The notes: generated from the sequence alone by a model not told the origin. Shown: positions 1 through 12,871, counted from the first letter of the stretch. The stretch: DNA of 64,000 bases from Stegostoma tigrinum (GCF_030684315.1 NC_081360.1:46199424-46263423), one strand, 5' to 3'. Numbers and translations: made by a program.

Positions 1-3000
1 CTTACAAAAAGCAATATGAAATCATCGAAAGGTAAGCCTAGCAGATATAATCCATGAAAAGGAATGCCCTGGTTAGTTAAATGAACATTTTATTTAGTGA
101 ACTGGCAGCCATAAGGCTTGCTGTTGGCCTACGTGTTACAGTGGCTGTGGTATTAAACCTGGAGAAGTTTGGAATTTGCAGTTATCTACACACCCCTGTT
201 GGCTCTAAAAGAGTACACTTTAAATATCGGCTTTAATTACTGCCACGTCACTCGACGAAACGATTTTACAGATGTTATTAAAACCGGAACAATAATTTTC
301 CTCCAAATGACCTTTTGGAGATACAGCCTTGCACTGGGAGGCGCTGTGTTGAACAGCACCAGTGCAAAATAAAAGCCAACTAAATCTGGCTTTGGTTCGA
401 CACTAACACAGTAAGATTTAAACACGATTAAATTTTATCTACATTTGCTCTGTAGCTCTAAGAATCTTGTTCCTTTCAGGGAAAATGAATGTAACATCAT
501 TTATTCTACTTTGTTGTGCAAATTAAACAAAGAATTGTAAAGAACGTAAGTTACACACAATTGTTTCGAGAATCATTTTAGAATCCAGGCTAATGCTCCC
601 ATTTAGACACACAATGTGACCATCTCGTTTTCCATCCAAACCAAATTCGAAACAATTAACCGCGTCCAATCATTCGTCACGATTTAAGAGAAAACACACA
701 GTTACTTACGAAAGAATCTCCTCCATTCTGCCACATCTGTAATAAAATAATTTTAAAAATTAGAATCAACAGTTAACTTTAAGTGAACCACACATCAAAG
801 ATGGAGTTCAATACAACATATAAACAGTTGGACTTCCTTATCCAAACTACTCATGAAGAAACTGAAATACTGTAAACTTCACCTGTTCAGATTCTCCGTC
901 TTCATTACGTTTTTTTCAAAGGTAAAGATTTCCACTTTGATCCATAAAATAACGTTATAAAAGCAGATTTGTATTTTTGCATATAGAATTTCAAGTAACA
1001 ATCGATCATTTGTTTTTGGCCTACTAATTAACTTGACATTGCCGGTTTTTTGAAGTTGTTTAAGCATTTAACATTACATGTACTGTCATATATTCTAGGT
1101 AAACTGTAATTTCAACATTGACTATACGTTGCCTTAGCTGTTATTTGTATCTGGAAATGCACATGTAAACCATTCATGAGTTAACATGGCCACCCGTTGA
1201 AAATCTACATTACATCCTTAAGCTTAAAATATCGATCTGTAATGATAAGCGACATTAATTAAAAGTCCTGTGTGGACAGTAATCCATTCTCAAATATTTT
1301 CTCCTTTATCTTGGCATGTCCCTTTTCTCCGTGTTCTGTTCGGTATTCTCGTCAGTTGCCGTTTTTCGAACATTTAACGCAGAAATTGCTTTCACTCGTG
1401 TCGCTATGCCTACTTCTCTAACTTCGAAGAATTTCTTCAGTTTCATTTTTATTTTGTTTTAAGTTATGTAATAATCAATTCAACTAGGATAAAAGGACAA
1501 AAGTGCCATTAAAAATCAGATCCGAATTATTTATGGCTGTAGTGCCCAGAATTTCATTTTTCAACTTAAACATACTTCGACTCAGCTGTTTGGACAGAAC
1601 CTGCCCCTGTCATTTTTGATATTTATTCATTTTTATTAGAATGAAAATGGTGATTTCAGATCCCATCTTCCACTGTTTATTAATTCGTTGCCCGCCACCC
1701 ACCTAGCCGACTTTAAAACTTGCAATGTCATTCAGACTTTCAAGTAACATTTAGCCATAGCTACTATCGACATATAACAAAACCAATTAATAGTGTTAGT
1801 TCACTGCGTCTTGCTTCACTCAGTGAGAATATCAAACCAGGTGTCGCTAACTGCAGTGTGTTCTTATTCAGCGTTTTTCATAATGAATTGTTGTTTTGCA
1901 ACAGATATCATTAAAATACTTTGAGCAGCATATTTCTAGTCCAAATTGTTCAGAATTAGATCAACTAGAAAATCCTCGAGATTCTGGACGAAACTGTGGC
2001 ATGAAGAACTGGGCAAATCGTTGAAAATGTCATACAACCTCCGCAAATTAATACAGAGGAAAATCGGCAAAGAATGGGCAGGAGATATTTTACTCTTCTT
2101 TAAACTTGCAGAATTATTTCTGAAATCAGTTTACATTTCCCAAGCAGATTTTTTTTCAATTAATCTCGTACATTTATGCAGGAACAATGCGAGCTCCCAA
2201 AGCTGGTCTAAGAAAATTATCTATCAACTATATGTGATCAGCAGCACAAGGTTCTTTTATTAAATAAAGAATTCTACGTACATTTGCTTAAAGGATTCGA
2301 TAAAATCCGTAGTTTATTTCTGCATTTTTCATTTAGTAGTTAAACAGAATCATAACACACATTGTTTATGATTATGCATTTGAAATTATAATTAGATATT
2401 TAGGAACATATATAAAGTATACTTTATTCATAATGTTATAATATTATTTCTCTAACTGAACACGTATCATGTAACAGCTAGCTGTTGAATTAAACTCACG
2501 TTGCATTGTGATTTCGGTTTTTTGGCTGGCCAAGAAATCGTACATGCGCCCAAGAGCTCCGAATGACATCAGGTGTCACGCGTTCACCAGCTCTTTTAGC
2601 GATTAGAAATAACTTACTTGCGGCTTTTCCAGTGCGAAAGTACCAGGACACGAGAAGACTGCTAAGTCATAACGGTGGAACAGGACAGCTTGCTTCTTGG
2701 TGTCACTTTCCACAGACCCTCTCAAAAAACACTAACCATCTGCACTTGTCTGCTCTTAACCTAATATATGATGTGAATTATATTTTGGCTTGTCAACTCC
2801 CAAACCATAAAACAAAGTTTAATGACATCACGTGTCCATCCATAGCCAGTCAGGACCCTGCTCTGTGGCGTCCCTATAAATAACCCTTAAACTTTAAAAC
2901 TTTTATTCACTAAAGACAGTCATGTTCATCGTAATGCTCTCCCAGCAATATAAAGCTAAAACATGAGTGCCCAAACGAAGTCTGCCTTGGAGAATAAGAT

Positions 3001-4374
3001 GTCTTAACTTTAATACGCAATCTGGACAGTAGTTCTCATGCAGTCACGGGGATCTAGTCGATTTGGTAAGTGTAAATATCCTACAAATAAATATGATCGA
3101 AAGCTTTGAACCTATACTGAGGGGGGAAAATTAACAGCTGCTGCTTCCACTTACTTTCTTTTCCTATTTCTGTTGCTTCAATGGCCTATTATTTCCTTCT
3201 ACTTTTTGGTGCACAAGTATTCTCAAAAAAGGTTAACCTGGAAAATAATTCCATGCAATGGATTCTGCCATGAAACCTTTCTTGTAAGTAAGATAATTTA
3301 TGCCATTACGTCTTATCAATTGCTGCATCAATACTCCCAAATATTTATGTCAACATCCATTAGTAAAAACAAACTTGTGTTATTCTTCCATTCAATACCA
3401 GCGTGAAATTGCCTTTAGAAATTTGACGGGTCTGTAGTCTAGCTGCTGACTTTCTGAAGTATGATTCATATTCTTCTAAATAAAGTTATTGGAATAGTAT
3501 GAACTCGACCAACAGTTCTTGCCAACAATAATATTTTTTTCCAACTCAAAAAAACATTGAAAGACGGTTCAGCCCAAGGAACCTTTATGAGTTCTGAAAC
3601 ATTGGGTCCAGTATGAGGTGAACGTGGGTGTCAACCGAATAGATGTAAAGTGAGAACGTGAAATGGTTTTTGGCCTATTCACAAGTAACCAATTGTTCGT
3701 CTCTTTATACATCATTGGAATTCATACACCAGCTGAAATGTTTATTGATAAAACTGACTTTATTTCAATGTCGTAGACAAAAAAAATCACATTTCATGTA
3801 TATAGGACAAAGTCAATCATTCAAACATTATATCTGTACAGAATATACAAGACATACATGCCTGGGACCACAGCAACACTCGTGCCATAAACATTCCAAG
3901 GCAAGACCAAACAAAAGAAAGTTTGATGTAAAAAGAGATGAAGGGAACAATATTCATCTAAGTTTATAAAATATTATTAATTTAAAGTTTTAGTGAAGCT
4001 CTGTTTAGGCATAGGATTCGATTGTTCAGAAACTAGATATACAGCACAACTTCATTCTGTTCGCATGAGACAAATGGTTTGCTTGGCTACATTCCGTCGA
4101 ATGACCTCTTTTATTCTCTCTTATAATCTAAATGTAGGCATGGCTATTACCACTAATGTATAAAAACACGATTCAACATCTGTTGGTGACAACTGATAAA
4201 TTGTATTCTTTTCTTTATGAATTGATAGCAAGGCGTTGTACCCACATGAGAACAACGTATTAATAAACCCATCTCATAGAGGAGCACATAATGTGGCCAA
4301 ACAACCTTTCCTATTGCAACTTAAAAGATCATCTGGACAGTAATATTATATAGTTAGAAACAGGATAAAACATG

Positions 4375-5482
<1,108 letters not shown>

Positions 5483-5599
5483 CTGCCTTTAACGGGTTTT
5501 GATTTGTGGTTCTTAGACGTTTATTCGGCACTAGACCGCGCGATATATAATGAAATATGGAAATAAAAGGCACATGTCATTTCTCTGCTTTCTACGTAT

Positions 5600-5660
5600 G
5601 CAACCAAATATGGGGCACAAGTTTAGATCACGTGCTTTATTTGACCAGTCGTAAATTCTT
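5600..5660 (-). promoter_or_regulatory. HoxD5 proximal promoter element (E-box CACGTG plus TTTACGAC Hox/Cdx-type site)
   Basis: Plus strand GATCACGTGCTTTATTTGACCAGTCGTAAATTC lies about 150 nt upstream of the ATG, with CACGTG at 5629-5634 and GTCGTAAA at 5648-5655. It resembles the conserved PG5 upstream motif. Confidence 0.65.
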
Positions 5661-5725
5661 GCGCCTGACCCTGGGGTAATTCATGCAGTGACAATACTTG
5701 CTATGACCTCACCAGCATGATCCTA

Positions 5726-5743
5726 TAGCGCTCCCTGCTGGCA
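5726..5743 (-). promoter_or_regulatory. Candidate CTCF site just upstream of HoxD5 (5|6 position)
   Basis: Minus strand TGCCAGCAGGGAGCGCTA has one mismatch to the CTCF core CCAGCAGGGGGCGCTA. Confidence 0.65.
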
Positions 5744-6822
5744 GATATGAAGAAAGCCAGGCTCGTATCAACAAAACAAAATCCCCGGAAGAGGCTTTGA
5801 CGTTTACACTTTGCTACCTATTTTCCAAGTAGGTTCATTTGTAGCAGGGTTCACAGTTAAAACCCTGTTAAACACTGAGTATGAAAACTGTTTTCTGTTA
5901 ACAACATTTGATTTGTTTCAGCCAACGATATGTACAGGAGCACAGACACAAAGTGAGTATGCGAATAAAAACATACTGCTTAATAATTTTGTAAATGCAT
6001 AGGTTTGTGTATAATACGTGTGTAAAGTAGTTTGTGGAACTGGCTTCTGCTGACGATAGGTACAATATTAGGGAACTGCAAAAATTGATCTGATCAGTTT
6101 GTTATTCAGCATTACAACCCAATAATACAAAATATTTTGTAACATCATTAACCCTTCCAAATTCAATTCAATTTTAAACGTTTCTTTCGTATTAATTACG
6201 CATTCGATCCTTTACTTCGATATTGGTTGAAAATGAACGATTTGATTGCGGCAGACTACATGAATCTAAATAAGTAACAAGTAAACCTTCTGCAGATATT
6301 CGACTCTGATTTTTACTTAAAGATTTAGGATGTTTAACTTCTCTTCCTTGTGGGAAACAACATCGGGAAAGTTTGTTCTCCTGAAAGACAGCTTATCTCA
6401 ATGTAGGATTCACAGGCAGCCTCCCGTCACTTACACCCACAGTCAGGTTCTCGACACTTAATAAAGATTAAAATGTTTTTTTCGTAGAACACTGCGCAGA
6501 GCTATTTGCACATTACTTCTATATATACAAACACTACGCATTAAAATCATTTCATAAAGTTTCCCATCAGTTTCCCCATTCAACACCGCAACTTGCCCCA
6601 GATATTCCGATTTCCGTACAATTATATGTTGTCTGTTGTGATTGGGAATTGGTTTCAAAAACGCAAATCCAAAGTTGTGTTTTACGTTGTGACTGGTTAT
6701 TCGACTCCGAAACCAGCCTGGATAGACTGAGAAGCTAAGCGGCTGTGCCAAAGTGTTTATCTCTACTTTCGCTGCGGAATTCCTCGTGAATATTACTACA
6801 GTTGTCGCTTGTACAACTTATG

Positions 6823-7819
6823 TTTTACTCAGGACAGGTGGAGGTATTTATGATGTCTGATGCATATTCCTGTGTACGTGCTGAGGGAATTAAAACAAAA
6901 GGGATGTACAGATTTCCAAAACATGCAGTGGAGACTCCAATTTTGACCTGTTGTCCTTCTCTGCAGTACAAATCCAAACAATCTGAGCCCGCCTGAACGG
7001 CAAGAAAACGAAGAGAGAAATGAATGCAACATTTGAATTCGTTTTTTCGGTTTGAGGAATATCTAGTTTATAAATTTCAGATTGCGATTTGGAAATGCAC
7101 AGATGATGAAAGACAGTGGTATCAAGCATCAAGCGCGCTAGTGCGGGCCTGAAAGACTTCTTACAAAAGTCCGCTCAGAATAGCAGTAATCTTTCAAAAA
7201 GGTGGAGTACATCTGTGTGTTTTCCTTTGGAACGAAAAGGTTGTTCCTATAGATTAGTGTGTCGGTTGGCAACAAAATAGGTTCTCCGGTTTTTGTTTTG
7301 ATCACCCCACCCCAGGCGCATTAGTTTCTCATACAAACCCCACACAGGATTTGATTTCCTTTCTCTCGCAGAAATATTTGACGTTATTTATCGTGACGTC
7401 TTGTAGCGTTGGAGAATTGAGTCATTTGTACGTACTTTCCTGCTACCCATCACTCAAGCTTTTAAGAATTGAAGGGTTAAAGTATTACCAATTAATTGAA
7501 GTCGAAGCACATTTCGAGGAAAATATGATACGTGTAAACACAGCCCGTGTAAGCCATGCCAGGGTCGCCTCGACAGCATAAACCAACATAGACCCCCAGG
7601 TATTATTCTGGGCTAATAAGGTGCAGAGCTGGATGAACACAGCAGGCCAAGTAGCATCAGAGGAGCAGGAAGGCTGACTTTTCGGGCCTAGACATTTCTT
7701 CAGAAATTGTTCTGGAATTATTCAGAAGTTAGTATTCTGGGCTTCGGTTTCAGGGCAGGACTGGCTAGGCCTTGAGTAAAAGTGCATTGATTCCAGATCA
7801 ATCATAAAATACAATTTAT
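6823..7819 (-). pseudogene. Candidate highly decayed HoxD6 relic (exon 1 ~7819-7311, exon 2 ~6992-6823)
   Basis: Collinear patches: ATA AAT TG- TAT TTT ATG ATT (cf. MNSYFVN), FYSRPSQS, AYTGCVY, ERKSNPV/CMRN*CAWG|GT, a strong phase-1 acceptor at 6994-6993, then QRRTTGQ...FCFN...ICIRH...LHLS*VK. The alignment needs several indels and was made by eye only. Confidence 0.45.
7615..7732 (-). mobile_element. Short Penelope-like (pLTR-derived) repeat with a degenerate hammerhead core and an 11-bp target-site duplication
   Basis: Shares GCTGGATGAACACAGC...GCATC(A/T)GAGGAGCAG...TTTCGGG...TCAG with the copies at 31.5 and 63.9 kb. Flanked by the direct repeat TATTCTGGGCT at 7604-7614 and 7733-7743. Confidence 0.75.
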
Positions 7820-8708
7820 AGCTTGCGATGGGTTAAGCTTAAGAAGTAAAAATGCAATATTTTAACAAGCGCATTTTAGGTAAAATGCCAGACTATAGGG
7901 ATGGTTTTATTTATCCTTGAGACGTTTGATTTGTGTTCCCTTCTTGTAATTCTGCTTGAAGAACACAGTTGCGGCACAGTTTAACTGGTTCTGTCGAACC
8001 CTCGTAAATCTAAGGCTGCGGCAGCCGTGTGACACTCGGTGGAAGAAATATTGTCTTTGTCCTGTACTAACAAATCGGGCCGTTCTTAACAGTATACATT
8101 ATTGAGCAGCATGGTTTCTACTGCTGGCCATAGCGATTTTACTTTTTCTTCAACTCACATTTGTACACTTGAAACTTGTGAAATAGAATCGCTGACAGTC
8201 GAACACTTTCCCTTTCAGCAGGCACAATTGTGGATTACGTTCTGGCTGTGAAATGAAGAAATCCTTACGTGCATCATATACCAATTCATTTTTGTGGATT
8301 GTCATTTTCCAGCGCGTCTCCCTTATGGCAAACTCAGGAGAAGATCGGGTTCTGCAAATTTGTTTGTTTGCCAACACTACGAGGACTGAGTTGTCTTTGA
8401 GATTGCAACGGACCGTTTCCTTTAAGCCTAGAATCTGTGTGGAATGTTTGCGTTAAAATTGACCCACTTTCACAATGTGATACCAATATAAAAGCAGTGC
8501 AATAAATGATTTAACGCGAAATGGTTGTCGGGAATCAGACTACTTTTGTTACAGAAGTTAAATGAAAGATGCTTCCACGAAATTATTGCTTCTAAAATTG
8601 TTATTTGGAAATCATATTTGAGCACCGATTGTACGGAAGATGCAATATGAGCAAATCCTATTCGAGTGAAGCCTCTAAATACACAATTGGACATTTACTG
8701 TGAATTAT

Positions 8709-8795
8709 ACACACACACAAACACAGGCAGATATATACACAGAGACGCACGCACACATACACACACAGACACAGATGCAGAGACCGATGCACACA
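8709..8795. repeat. Imperfect (CA)n microsatellite
   Basis: ACACACACAC runs interrupted by AG/GC units. Confidence 0.75.
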
Positions 8796-10186
8796 GATAT
8801 AGTGGTTCTTGTTGAGTATTTTAGCAGTTTTAGCTAAACCACGGCTACGTGACGCATTACTACACAAATTAAATAATTCGCTCCTAAAAATAGTAAATGG
8901 CCTGATAGTAAATACCGCTTTCTGATTACTTAAGTTACAATGATATTTCTGCAGCTCAGGTTTATTTTTCTACATATTCATGCTAAATTACGGATTGTTA
9001 AGAAAATGTCTGTGAAATCACAATTCAGCCTTTTCATATATTGTAAAAAAAAGTGCAGCGTATAATAGTCACACAATTCTGTGTAATCAGCTTTAACAAA
9101 AATTATTCTTGAACAACTTTGTCTCATTTACTTATTTAATGGGGGCGAGCAAAGCTTGATTTGCAAAGTCTGTAAAATAATTATCTGACACATAGGCATG
9201 AACATGGGCGATGCATTAAAAATTATATAAGAGGTTTTATGAACAAAATTAAGGTCAATTGTTGCCTGTAAATGTAGGCAAACCTGAAACTGCTTTGTCA
9301 ATAGCGAATATAACATTACATTTTCCAAACTGATTTAATTCAAGAGTGCATACATTGCTGTTTGTAGGCTTTGACGAAAAAAAACCAACATTTAATATCG
9401 AAACATTCACAATGTTACAAAGCAAATGATCAAATTACAGCTATTACTCTTTCTTTGCACGTCATTTTGATTCTAGTGCCATTTTGAACAGCATCTGTTT
9501 CACCTTCCCAATATGTCTGTTGATCAATACGATAGGTAAATAGACAAGCAGACAGACACTTAGATCAGTGTTTAACAAAATCTTCATTGACCAATAGATG
9601 TCAGATTCAGAACACATCAAGGTCGCAATATAATACACAACATGGATGGTCAAATTATAGTTGTTTAATCTATTTTCAATAAAAGAAGATTGAAAGATAA
9701 ATCAATTTTCAAACATGGACATAACCATTCATTTCAAATGGATGCAATTATTGTGATATTCAGTCAAAAAAATTAATAATTGGAAAAATACGTACAAGTC
9801 AATGCCTTGGCAAATTACAGCAAAGCAACACTGATCAACTAACCTCCTCATGACAGTATCTCTCATAGCAGCTCCTCCCACTCTCACCTTTCTGTGCATA
9901 CTTCTACAGCAAGATTTTGCAATTAAATGTTTCATATTGAGATAAGCTTCAGGACAAAGGAAAGGAGCTCAATGATTTCTGTCGATCATTACGTTCTGCA
10001 TTGCGAATTATTTTAACGCGGATTGGAGCTGTCTGTTCCAAATTAAAAACACTTCACGTATGCAGACCTCACAGCTTTTATAAAATATACAATCCAATTT
10101 GGGGACAACTGGTTGCGGGAAATTAATCGCCACAGGCCGAATTGCTATTATTTTAAACATTGCAAATATTGACGTAGTTAGAAATA

Positions 10187-11265
10187 TTTCCTCATTCCCT
10201 GTTCGGTACAAGCATATTGAGGGCACTATCTGATTTCTACTGCGGGGTACTGAGTAGAAGAGTACTACTCATTTGTACAAAGTTCCGTCACGTGGTCAGA
10301 CATCACTAAACACATCTCCAAAATTCTGATTACTTCCAAGATTAGTGCCCGGCATTATTAGGATTAAGGCAATGTATGTCATTCATCTCTGCCGCTAATC
10401 CTTAACATAGAAGCGTCTAACTCATGTCCTCTTATGCAAAGAACAGAGAGAAACAAACTGAAGCAACCAATCATCAGCTCCCGCAAAACAACAGCAACCA
10501 AAATAGCGCAATTTGCAATATCACTAATAAATATCCCACCACCAAGTTACACATTCTAATGCATCTCCACTCTGGATCATTTGAAAACATGTCAGCTGCC
10601 GGTGGCGATGCTTTCATTTCAAAGATAGCCACGAATCGCAGATCTCCGTTCTATTGCGGGAAATAAATATTTAATTAAGCTGCGCCAGAGCCACCATATG
10701 AATTCCAGTGACCACCTGGATCTGCTTTGAACGGACCTTTTTCAAACCCATGCTGGGGTTTGGTCGTTCAGCCCGATTTGCACACAACCTCCGAAACAGT
10801 TCCACTGAATTCAACGAATGAAACAAGCGCCGTTTCGCTGCTATCCATTTACAGCAATATGATCTGCAACAGCAGAGCTTAAAACAGCACAGCACTTACC
10901 CGGGTAAGGGCGCTTCCCCAAAACAGTAAGCTGCTGGATGTTGTATTCCATTTCTACTTTTTCGATTAGTAAAATAACTTGAAAAAGATAAACCGAAAAT
11001 TGAAGGGTAAATGGAAGACTGTAAACAGACGTCAGAGGTCTGTAAGAGTGATCAGGTTGCCGAATCCCAGCATGAGACCAATGACTTCCTCATAGTTCTA
11101 CAGAAAATGACATGGAAACTGCGAATGCAGCAGAAAGTCTCCTTTTTGCAAGCAGCTGGCGTCAAATACCAACGACAAAAGCAGGCAAGGGGAGATACTG
11201 ACAGAAAAGACGATTTGAGACGAGTTTGCAGCGGAATGCAGTGAAATATTCACAAGGGAAATCAT
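10187..11265 (-). pseudogene. Candidate decayed HoxD7 relic (exon 1 11265-10900, intron 10899-10429, exon 2 10428-~10187)
   Basis: ATG ATT TCC CTT GTG AAT (MISLVN, cf. MSSLYYAN/MSSSYYVN). Exon 1 ends CGC CCT TAC CCG G|GTAAGT. A polypyrimidine acceptor is followed by GA CAT GAG. Homeobox patches in the correct order: TTG GAA..GAA TTT, TGT CTG ACC ACG TGA CGG, VQMSSTLLLS, CAG ATA, ATA TGC TTG, AAC AGG GA ATG AGG AAA. Confidence 0.6.
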
Positions 11266-11294
11266 GAAAAGGCCATGAACGCAGTTACTAGATT

Positions 11295-11366
11295 CACATG
11301 ACCAATGCCAGCCAATAGGATCACGGGCTCCGTCGTAAAAGGTCCATTACAAAGTTGTAAATTTTC
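11295..11366 (-). promoter_or_regulatory. Orphan Hox-type promoter module (E-box, two CCAAT, TTTACGAC, TTTACAAC)
   Basis: Plus strand CACATGACCAATGCCAGCCAATAGGATCACGGGCTCCGTCGTAAAAGGTCCATTACAAAGTTGTAAATTTTC. It uses the same motif vocabulary as the HoxD5, D9, D10 and D13 promoters, but no intact gene lies downstream. Confidence 0.6.
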
Positions 11367-12846
11367 TTCAAACAAAAAGGAACTCGCAGCAATTCCTTGC
11401 GGATTTCACAAGTATAGCTAGCAAGCGCCATGTTCCCTTTAACGAGTTCTTTGCTACAGCCATTTGCTATAATGTGTATTGTAACGAACGCCTTAACTAA
11501 CTATATCAGCGGAAATACCACGACAACATCAAGAGGAATATCGACCAATGCGGGGCGCATTCCATAGTGCTACTTCTTTAATATGTCCTTTAGACGCATC
11601 AAGTAGAGACATAGGCATTTTTGAAATTAAAGCTAATCCAAAACATAAGACGGTAACACCCACAATACCTACCGCTGCCAGTGGTGTATCAGAAAACGTC
11701 TTTTCGTTTCCTCCCGACATTCTCACTTCATTCAATAAGGTCTAATTAAAAGAAGAAAGCAAAGCAAACGAACCACTAGCGCCTGCTAAACAGGCATCAA
11801 AACTGTGGCGACTTTCGTCCTTGCTTTTAATAACAATTAATATCACAAGGAAAGTTGTAACTTATGCGAAGCGCTGTATGATACATTATACACAGGTCAG
11901 AAACTGAAAAATAAGTAGCAGCATATGTAGGTATCTAATTACATATAGCACGGCATTAAACTCCTCGTGTTTCCACTGTCGGGAGAAAAGGGCATAACAT
12001 ATTCGAGTGCTCCATGGAATTTGACTTAATCGGCTAAAATCACTTCTGCACTGCGTTTAACAGATTAGACGTGAATGCAAGCGTAACCATATGAATCAGT
12101 TGGTTCGGTATCTTTTCCCTTCAGTGTCGGTGAGCGGGTTCAGCAATTAAGGTTACACCATGTTAAATGCATGGGAACTTCGTCTTTTAGGAGGAAAGTA
12201 TGTCTGCTGGATATCTGCTTTCTAATTTTCTCCATTGCCCCGTATTTCCCGCAGATTTAACTCCAGAGAAAGCTCACATTTACCAACCTTTGCTCTGGTG
12301 TTTTAAAGTGATCTTACAGTGAAAACCCTGAACAGCTAACCAGAAATGTGACGAGTGGGAGGATGGTAAGACTACTATTAAGGTTACACCAAAATAACAT
12401 GAATTATTAATAAAACTCTCAACAGGGCAAGTTGCTAATATCCTGAATTTTTTTCTCTGGGGTGAGCTGGGGTTGGAGACTAGATGGGGGAAAGAGTTTC
12501 TACAGCGGTTTTGTTCGAGACCCAAACTGACCAGTCTTCAACAACCAACGGGAAATGTTTGCAACAATTCAGGAGAATAATTTTTTAAACCCATTTTTGG
12601 CAATTGTTAATCTCCATTGTTTGGCAAAACCAAAGGAGGTTATGTCCATTTCAAAGTATTATTTCCACCCACTAGCCTCGTCATTCGGTAAACAATTCGC
12701 TTCGTGAAAACTTGAGATTCCTGAAATCTAATCCAAATATTTTACAAGGCCGGTTATACCATCATTGCGCAGTCCCTTCCTGATCACTGTTGTGGGGATT
12801 TTATCATTCAGTTTGTAAATGGGACCAAATGCAGAATAGCATTTTA

Positions 12847-12871
<25 letters not shown>
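12847..12871. repeat. (AT)n microsatellite
   Basis: Perfect run of about 12 AT units. Confidence 0.9.

Noticed and set aside
2855-2890. Plus-strand TATA-like CCCTATAAATAA as an antisense lncRNA promoter
   Set aside because: A single short motif in AT-rich DNA, with no supporting exon structure identified.
1-3700. miR-10 hairpin or HoxD4 3' of HoxD5
   Set aside because: No miR-10 mature sequence or PG4 coding motif was seen. They presumably lie left of the window.
6650-6715. Helix-3-like strings WFQKRK (plus strand, 6650) and WFRSRI (minus strand, 6715-6698)
   Set aside because: The first is on the wrong strand with no supporting context. The second is about 100 nt too far from the other psi-HoxD6 patches, so it was not counted as evidence.
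10965-10982. SSYFTN string resembling a Hox6 N-terminus
   Set aside because: It has no ATG, no further PG6 similarity, and lies only about 70 nt from the donor. It is likely chance within the HoxD7-like exon.
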